From assembly GCA_028282925.1 (NCBI GenBank), contig JANQGV010000250.1, positions 6,917 to 38,916 of the forward strand: DNA of 32,000 nucleotides. The letters run 5' to 3'. Origin of the DNA: Thermodesulfobacteriota bacterium. Its GTDB lineage: Bacteria > Desulfobacterota > WTBG01 > CAIYCZ01 > CAIRTM01. Under the pieces are notes generated by a model. That model saw nothing but the letters and a program-made list of their open reading frames with translations, had not been told where the DNA came from and ran no database searches. The position numbers and the translations under genes are program-made. Position 1 is the stretch's first letter, and each line of letters opens with the position of its first letter. This document shows, one piece after another, positions 26,581-32,000 of the stretch.

Positions 26581-28164
26581 ATGTTTAACCTCGCGCAGTG
26601 GTCGTTAAGAGGCAAAATTGTACTACTCGGTATTTTTTTTCCAACACTTCTATTGCTGCTGCTCTTTCGAGTTTATACGATTGAGTCCCTTAAAAAAACC
26701 CGGGACGCCTATGTCGACAAAGCACGTGCCCTTTGCCTGACGGCAGAGTCCGTGAGGCAGGAAATGGAGGCCAAATGGAGCCTGGGGCTCTTTTCGGCCA
26801 AAGAACTCAAGCAATACCAGGATGAAGGTCGCAGGGATAACATACTGGCGATCATTCCGGTGGTTTCGGCCTGGAATGCGGCCATGCGCAAGGCCGAGGA
26901 GGGCGGTTACGTCTTCAAAGTTCCCAAATTCAGTCCCCGTAATCCGGTCAACGAACCCGACGAATTCGAGGCCAGGGCTCTTGAACGCATGAAGAGCAGC
27001 AATCTTTCCGAATATTTTGAGATTGATCAAGATTTAAACGCCGTACGCTATTTCAGGGCGGTCGTCCTGTCGGAGACATGCATGTTGTGCCACGGTGATC
27101 CGGCCTCTTCTCAGGCACTCTGGGGAAACGATAAAGGCTTGGACCCAACCGGGGGCCGGATGGAAAACTGGAAGGTGGGTGAAATCCACGGCGCCTTCGA
27201 GGTCATACAATATCTTGACCAGGCGGACAAAGAACTATCGGCCAATCTACAAAAGGCGGCGCTGTACAGTGGCGGCGGGCTGCTGATAATCGGCCTTGTT
27301 TTTGCAACCCTGGCACTGCGCGTCATTTCAAATTCCGTTACCAGGCCGATTCGCCGAATTATCGATGTGCTGACGGGAGAGTCAAGCAGGCTGCTGGAAA
27401 ATTCCAAAAGGGTATCATCAGCCAGTCAACAACTTGCCGACGGCTCCACCAATCAGGCAGCCAGCCTTGAAGAAAGCTCATCGTCTCTGGAGGAGATGGC
27501 GTCTATTACCAAGACCAATGCAGACAACGTTCTCAAAACCAGTGAAGTAGCCGAAGAAGCCAAACAATCGGCACAAGAGGCCCAGAACAGTATTGCCCGA
27601 ATGAGTGATGCAATATCGGCCATCAAACAATCATCGGATAAAACGGCTGTGATTATGAAGACCATCGATGAAATCGCGTTCCAGACGAACCTGCTGGCCC
27701 TGAATGCCGCTGTTGAGGCGGCACGAGCAGGTGAGGCCGGTGCCGGTTTTGCCGTTGTGGCCGAAGAGGTTCGCTCTCTGGCCCTGCGCAGTGCAGAGGC
27801 CGCGCGGGAGACGGCACAGTTGATCGAAGAGTCAAAAAACAATGCCGACAACGGCGTTGCCGTTGCCGATGAAGTAAACATCAGTCTCGGACAAATCGCC
27901 GACGGGATCAATCGGGTCAGCGATCTGGCGCAGCAGATCTCCCAGGCCAGCTCCGATCAGGCCGAAGGTGTCAATCAAATTAATTTAGCCGTTCTTTCAA
28001 TGGACCAGGTAACCCAGTCCAATGCCGCCCTGTCCGAACAATCCGCCGCTGCCGCACAGGAACTCTCCGAACAGGCCCAGGGACTTGCCAGACAGGTTGC
28101 TAAGCTGGCCGGCATCGTGGGCAGCAGATCAGCCGACCTAAGTCCCATGGAGGTTGATTCCTAG
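26581..28164 (+). CDS. methyl-accepting chemotaxis protein with a periplasmic c-type-heme (Tll0287-like/DUF3365-like) sensor domain
   Basis: RBS AGGAGGctctgATG and two TM segments. The periplasmic string [19 protein letters not shown]...[20 protein letters not shown]...[12 protein letters not shown] carries CxxCH at nt 27079-27093. MCP core: [41 protein letters not shown]. Confidence 0.85.
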   Translation: MFNLAQWSLRGKIVLLGIFFPTLLLLLLFRVYTIESLKKTRDAYVDKARALCLTAESVRQEMEAKWSLGLFSAKELKQYQDEGRRDNILAIIPVVSAWNAAMRKAEEGGYVFKVPKFSPRNPVNEPDEFEARALERMKSSNLSEYFEIDQDLNAVRYFRAVVLSETCMLCHGDPASSQALWGNDKGLDPTGGRMENWKVGEIHGAFEVIQYLDQADKELSANLQKAALYSGGGLLIIGLVFATLALRVISNSVTRPIRRIIDVLTGESSRLLENSKRVSSASQQLADGSTNQAASLEESSSSLEEMASITKTNADNVLKTSEVAEEAKQSAQEAQNSIARMSDAISAIKQSSDKTAVIMKTIDEIAFQTNLLALNAAVEAARAGEAGAGFAVVAEEVRSLALRSAEAARETAQLIEESKNNADNGVAVADEVNISLGQIADGINRVSDLAQQISQASSDQAEGVNQINLAVLSMDQVTQSNAALSEQSAAAAQELSEQAQGLARQVAKLAGIVGSRSADLSPMEVDS

Positions 28165-28419
28165 GTAGATAAGATAAGCGGCACCAACCAATTTCATGCA
28201 CATGAAGAGTGTTTGCGACGTATGCAATAAGGCGCCAAGGCCGAGTGCGGCCAAAACAGTGTGGCCCAGCAAACCGACACTTACTCCCGCGGCCGTTGCC
28301 ACCCCGGCTCCGGACCCCTGCGAGATCGACCGCGACATCACCAGCACCAGGTCCTGTCCGGGCGTGATAATGAGTACTATTGCAGAGAAAATGAAAATAA
28401 AAGGTACTGTTTCCGCCAT
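28138..28419 (-). pseudogene. truncated LysE/RhtB-family translocator (N-terminal ~90 of ~200 aa)
   Basis: An intact RBS (GGAGGAGcacATG). ...ITPGQDLVLVMSRSISQGSGAGVATAAGVSVGLLGHTVLAALGLGALL...[14 protein letters not shown] is the typical first half of the LysE family. It ends abruptly and overlaps the 3' end of the convergent MCP gene by 27 nt. Confidence 0.65.
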
Positions 28420-28511
28420 GTGCTCCTCCCCGAGGTTTTGTAATTCGCTGAGTTGTGTCCACTAAAATCACTTTTTTTGCAGCAGTGATTTTGTCCTTGC
28501 TATGCAGTATG

Positions 28512-29153
28512 TCACTGACGGGTTTTGCCTCGAAGATGTGAAAGGACATTTTCGGTTTCAAGCCTTTTTACGATCGCGGCAATTTCCGTATATTTGTCAG
28601 GTTTTTCCCCTGCGAGCCAGTCGGCAAACTCAAAAACATTTTTGCCGCTGGTCGGCCCGTCATTTGTTGCTTTGACCAAGGGGTCAGCACCGGCAGTTAT
28701 CAGCAACTCGACATACTTTTTCTGTTTGTACAGCACCGCCTCATGAAAAGCGGTAAAACCCAGGGGCGTTAGAGCATTGAGCGGCTCCCCCCTTTTTATT
28801 ATATGCGATAATAACTCATAGACCCTTTTCTCGGATTCGGCGTCGAGACTTCCAAGTGATCTTCCGGCCCATGAAATTTTAGGTTCGTTGCAACCAACAC
28901 CACTTGCGCTTTTTTTGGGGCACGACTCATAAGGGTAGTCGCAGTTTTTGAGTATCCACAGTGCATGCCCGGAGCGAATCCAGAAAAAGTCTTTTGCATA
29001 GGGGTTGTATGAGACGGAATTTTCTCCCATGGTTGCCAAAATCACCAGATCGTAATAGTTTGACGACCAGAGAATGGTGCGCTTAATGGAGGGGATCAAC
29101 GAGATTGCAAAGGCTGCCAAAACTGCAATGATGAACAGGGTTTGTTTTTTCAT
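28512..29153 (-). CDS. membrane-anchored or secreted ankyrin-repeat protein
   Basis: N-terminal hydrophobic segment MKKQTLFIIAVLAAFAISLI. LTPLGFTAFHEAVLYKQKKYVELLITAGADPLVKATNDG matches the ANK repeat consensus (G.T.LH.A......v.lLl..GAd). Confidence 0.6.
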   Translation of the reverse strand: MKKQTLFIIAVLAAFAISLIPSIKRTILWSSNYYDLVILATMGENSVSYNPYAKDFFWIRSGHALWILKNCDYPYESCPKKSASGVGCNEPKISWAGRSLGSLDAESEKRVYELLSHIIKRGEPLNALTPLGFTAFHEAVLYKQKKYVELLITAGADPLVKATNDGPTSGKNVFEFADWLAGEKPDKYTEIAAIVKRLETENVLSHLRGKTRQ

Positions 29154-29382
29154 GGATAACGACTTCCTTGCCGGTATTATCGATATGGTTCAGGGCTCAC
29201 AAGGGCAGCATGACGGCCGCCATGCCGCTCTCCATAACAACCACTAATATACAATGGAGGGAATTACAAGGCAATCATTTAAGGATTTTTTCAAGAAGAG
29301 GTTGTGCGGTCGCGGGGGATTATACGGTGCGGTATGAGCATTGTTGCTGTTTTTAAAATCCAAAGGGGGAAAGCGGTATGCT

Positions 29383-31884
29383 TTACTCCCGGCTCAAACG
29401 TTCAAATACCCATTTGTTCAGCATCTCAAAAACAATTTCGCGCTTGATGGGTTTGGATATGTAATCGTCCATCCCTGCATTCAGGCATTTTTCGCGGTCG
29501 CCTTTCATTGCATCGGCAGTCATGGCAATGATAGGAATGTTCGCAAACCCTCTTTCTCTCAGGGTTCCGGCAGCATCGAGGCCGTTCATCCTGGGCATCT
29601 GGATGTCCATCAGAATGATATCGTACTTTTCCGGATGGGCCGTAAACATGTCCAGACACACCTTTCCGTTTTCAGCAACGTCAACCATATATCCGGCTTT
29701 GGTCAGCAGTGTTACGGCCAGTTTCTGGTTGACGGCGTTGTCCTCGGCCAGAAGTATCGAGGCGGAATACTTGGCCTCTTCGCGCACCGTGTATTGCGTA
29801 ACTATTGCAGGTTCTTGAATGTCCATCTCTTTGCCCTGCACCAGAAGGCGCTCAAGTATTTTCAGCAGGCGAATACGGTGAACCGGTTTCGGCAGAAAGC
29901 CGTTAAATCCGGCTTCACGGCTCTTAGAGGCTCCCCTTGCAACCGAAGAAGAAAATGCCAGCAGGGGCAGGCTGTCGCCGTGCCGTTTTCTGATTTCACG
30001 GGCCACTTCATAGCCGTTCATTTCGGGCATCATGATATCGATGATGCCGATGTCAAAGGGCTGCTTTTCGTCGAAGGCCTGCTGAATTGCGCGCAGGGAC
30101 ATTTCACCACCGGTGCAACTGACTGTTTGCATGCCGATGCCGGAAAGAAAGTGGGTGAGTATGTCAAGGTTGTTCTGGTTGTCGTCGGTAATGAGCGCTT
30201 TTTTGCCTTTAAGGGATACCGGCGACAGGCGCCTGACGTCTTTTTTGGCCGCCTTTTTCACCAAGGCGGTAAAATGGAAGGTGCTCCCCTGTCCCTCGAT
30301 GCTTTCGGCCCACACGTCCCCGTGCAGCATGTCGGCCAGGCGGCGGCAGATAGACAGCCCGAGACCCGTCCCACCGTATTTTCTTGTTGTGGTTCCGTCT
30401 GCCTGTTGAAACACTTCAAAAATCGTTTCGATTTTATCTTTGGGTATGCCGACGCCGGTATCGCGAACTCTTACGTGCAATTGAACCAGGTCGCCTTTGT
30501 CCTCGTCGACATCAAGGCTGAGTTCTATTTCGCCTTTGTCGGTAAACTTGGCGGCATTGCCCATGAGGTTTACCACAACCTGACGGAACCGGTGCGGGTC
30601 GCATATAACGCGGGAAGGCAACTCATCGCTGATACGGCACAGCACTTCCACGTTATCGGTATCGACCCGGGGCCGGATGAGTTCACAAACATCATAGGCC
30701 TGCATTTCAATGTCGAATTCCATTTCCTCGAGTTCGATACGCCCGGCTTCGATTTTTGAGAAATCCAGGATGTCGTTGATGAGCGACAGCAGGGCCTGGG
30801 CGCTACGCTTGATGGTCAGGGCAAAGTCCTGCTGCTCTTCGTCCATGGTGCCCTGCAGCAGCAGGTCGGTAAAGCCGATAACGCCGTTCATGGGGGTGCG
30901 GATTTCATGGCTCATGTTGGCCAGAAATGCGCTTTTGGCCTCGTTGGCGGCCTCGGCCCGCTCCATGGTTTTTATAAGCTCCTGCTCGTTTTTGCGCTGA
31001 TCGGTAATGTCGCGGACAATAGCGAAGGAGCCGGTGCGCTCGCCCTGCCGGTTATACAGAAAAACAATATTCATGATGACCGGAACAATTTGGTTGTCTT
31101 TGCGCCGGTAGTAGGAGTGCCAGTTTAATACTTTGCCGTTTTGAAAAAGCGTTTCCACCATATGACGGGCGTCGTCCATGAACCCATCGCCGATTGTGAT
31201 GGTTTCGCCGGTGGTAGACCGGTACTCACCTGTTTCGGTGATGGACATCATATAGCTGGGCTTGCCCATGATTTCGGCCTCGGAATAGCCCAGCAGAGCC
31301 AAAAAGGCCTGATTGACCTTCGTTATATTTCCGACGGCATCGCCGACGATAATGGGATCCAGAGACGTATCTATCAGGTTTTCCAGGCGGTCTTTTGTGG
31401 CTTGTAATTCGTCAACCGTTTGTTTGCGGTCGTCGATCTCGGCCTGGAGGCGCGCGTTTGTTTCCTGAAGCGCCGCTGTTTTTTCACGCACCATATCATC
31501 CAGGTGGATACGGTGTTCATGCAACTGAAGGCTGAGATCCCTCATTTTACCGACAATTGCGCCGACAAGCACCAGGCTGAGAGTGCCGATTATGCCGGTT
31601 CCGCCGGCAAGCATATTTGACGTTATATCGCAGCCGGTCAGGAGGTGCATGAGCATGTTGACCGGAAAAGTAAGCAGTCCGGCTATGACGGCCGGAATCA
31701 TTCCCCAAAGCCGACCGACAACCACTACTGGAATGATGGCGGCTATGGCCATAGCTTTACCCAGGGTAAAGGCAATAGCGGTAAAGGCAATGATATAGAT
31801 ACAAAGCGACAGCAGGAGGATAGTGCCCTTGCGGGGTATTGCCTTTGAGCGGCTTATTTTTTCCTTTTGTGCGTTCTGATTCAT
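29383..31884 (-). CDS. hybrid sensor histidine kinase (multi-TM, coiled coil, PAS, HisKA, HATPase_c and two receiver domains)
   Basis: H-box [12 protein letters not shown] boxes: [26 protein letters not shown]1: ALITDDN...[16 protein letters not shown]2: ILLAEDN...[13 protein letters not shown]...KPI. There is no clear SD sequence, so the start is uncertain. Confidence 0.9.
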   Translation of the reverse strand: MNQNAQKEKISRSKAIPRKGTILLLSLCIYIIAFTAIAFTLGKAMAIAAIIPVVVVGRLWGMIPAVIAGLLTFPVNMLMHLLTGCDITSNMLAGGTGIIGTLSLVLVGAIVGKMRDLSLQLHEHRIHLDDMVREKTAALQETNARLQAEIDDRKQTVDELQATKDRLENLIDTSLDPIIVGDAVGNITKVNQAFLALLGYSEAEIMGKPSYMMSITETGEYRSTTGETITIGDGFMDDARHMVETLFQNGKVLNWHSYYRRKDNQIVPVIMNIVFLYNRQGERTGSFAIVRDITDQRKNEQELIKTMERAEAANEAKSAFLANMSHEIRTPMNGVIGFTDLLLQGTMDEEQQDFALTIKRSAQALLSLINDILDFSKIEAGRIELEEMEFDIEMQAYDVCELIRPRVDTDNVEVLCRISDELPSRVICDPHRFRQVVVNLMGNAAKFTDKGEIELSLDVDEDKGDLVQLHVRVRDTGVGIPKDKIETIFEVFQQADGTTTRKYGGTGLGLSICRRLADMLHGDVWAESIEGQGSTFHFTALVKKAAKKDVRRLSPVSLKGKKALITDDNQNNLDILTHFLSGIGMQTVSCTGGEMSLRAIQQAFDEKQPFDIGIIDIMMPEMNGYEVAREIRKRHGDSLPLLAFSSSVARGASKSREAGFNGFLPKPVHRIRLLKILERLLVQGKEMDIQEPAIVTQYTVREEAKYSASILLAEDNAVNQKLAVTLLTKAGYMVDVAENGKVCLDMFTAHPEKYDIILMDIQMPRMNGLDAAGTLRERGFANIPIIAMTADAMKGDREKCLNAGMDDYISKPIKREIVFEMLNKWVFERLSRE

Positions 31885-32000
31885 AATGGAACGTGAATTA
31901 TGACAAAAACTGTTGTTACTCTGTTATGATATTAAAATTACGCCTTTTTGCACCCTTTGATGCGCACATAGTTAAAAAGAATACTACTGCTTGCTGACGG

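Noticed and set aside
27067-27097. TGGCACAACATGCATG on the minus strand, which looks sigma-54-like.
   Set aside because: It lies inside the MCP coding sequence (at the CxxCH codons). The GC is displaced by 2 nt from the -12 position, and there is no downstream minus-strand gene.
29341-30759. A 472-aa ORF on the plus strand.
   Set aside because: It is antisense to the hybrid histidine kinase, whose H-box, N/G-box and receiver motifs are unambiguous. I recognise no motifs in the plus-strand product.

Overview
The window looks like a chromosomal segment of about 50% GC. It is dominated by envelope, secreted and signalling genes, with no rRNA, tRNA, CRISPR array or transposase ORF. I support 19 coding regions.

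Secreted or envelope proteins:
- an exported CxxCH-heme/PNPOx-like fusion
- a 1008-aa lipoprotein with 13 Asp-box (BNR) repeats, divergently paired with a GH114 glycosidase
- a tandemly duplicated Spy/CpxP-like periplasmic protein
- a PPC/CarboxypepD_reg secreted protein
- a 1485-aa secreted HExxH multi-Ig protein

Signalling proteins:
- an orphan sigma-54 NtrC-type response regulator, followed by a textbook -24/-12 promoter that drives a receiver-like protein and a 958-aa chemoreceptor with a duplicated double-Cache sensor
- a second chemoreceptor with a periplasmic c-heme (Tll0287-like) sensor
- a hybrid histidine kinase with two receiver domains

Other genes:
- a SAM methyltransferase, an MFS transporter and a DMT transporter
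- an NRDE/TANGO2-like protein, a phosphotriesterase-family hydrolase and an ankyrin protein
- a truncated LysE gene

The strongest lead is a DUF3179-family gene whose only interruption is an in-frame TGA exactly at the family's conserved Y-C-P-L cysteine. A SECIS-compatible hairpin follows it, so the gene is either a candidate selenoprotein or a nonsense pseudogene.

The second lead is two unrelated intergenic repeat families. One is a TA-flanked MITE with long inverted ends. It is found once nested inside the other family and once inserted in the TA of the giant gene's stop codon.

The gene content (sigma-54 enhancer-binding protein, heme-c sensors, possible Sec recoding) suggests an anaerobic Desulfobacterota-like host. 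That assignment is inference only.
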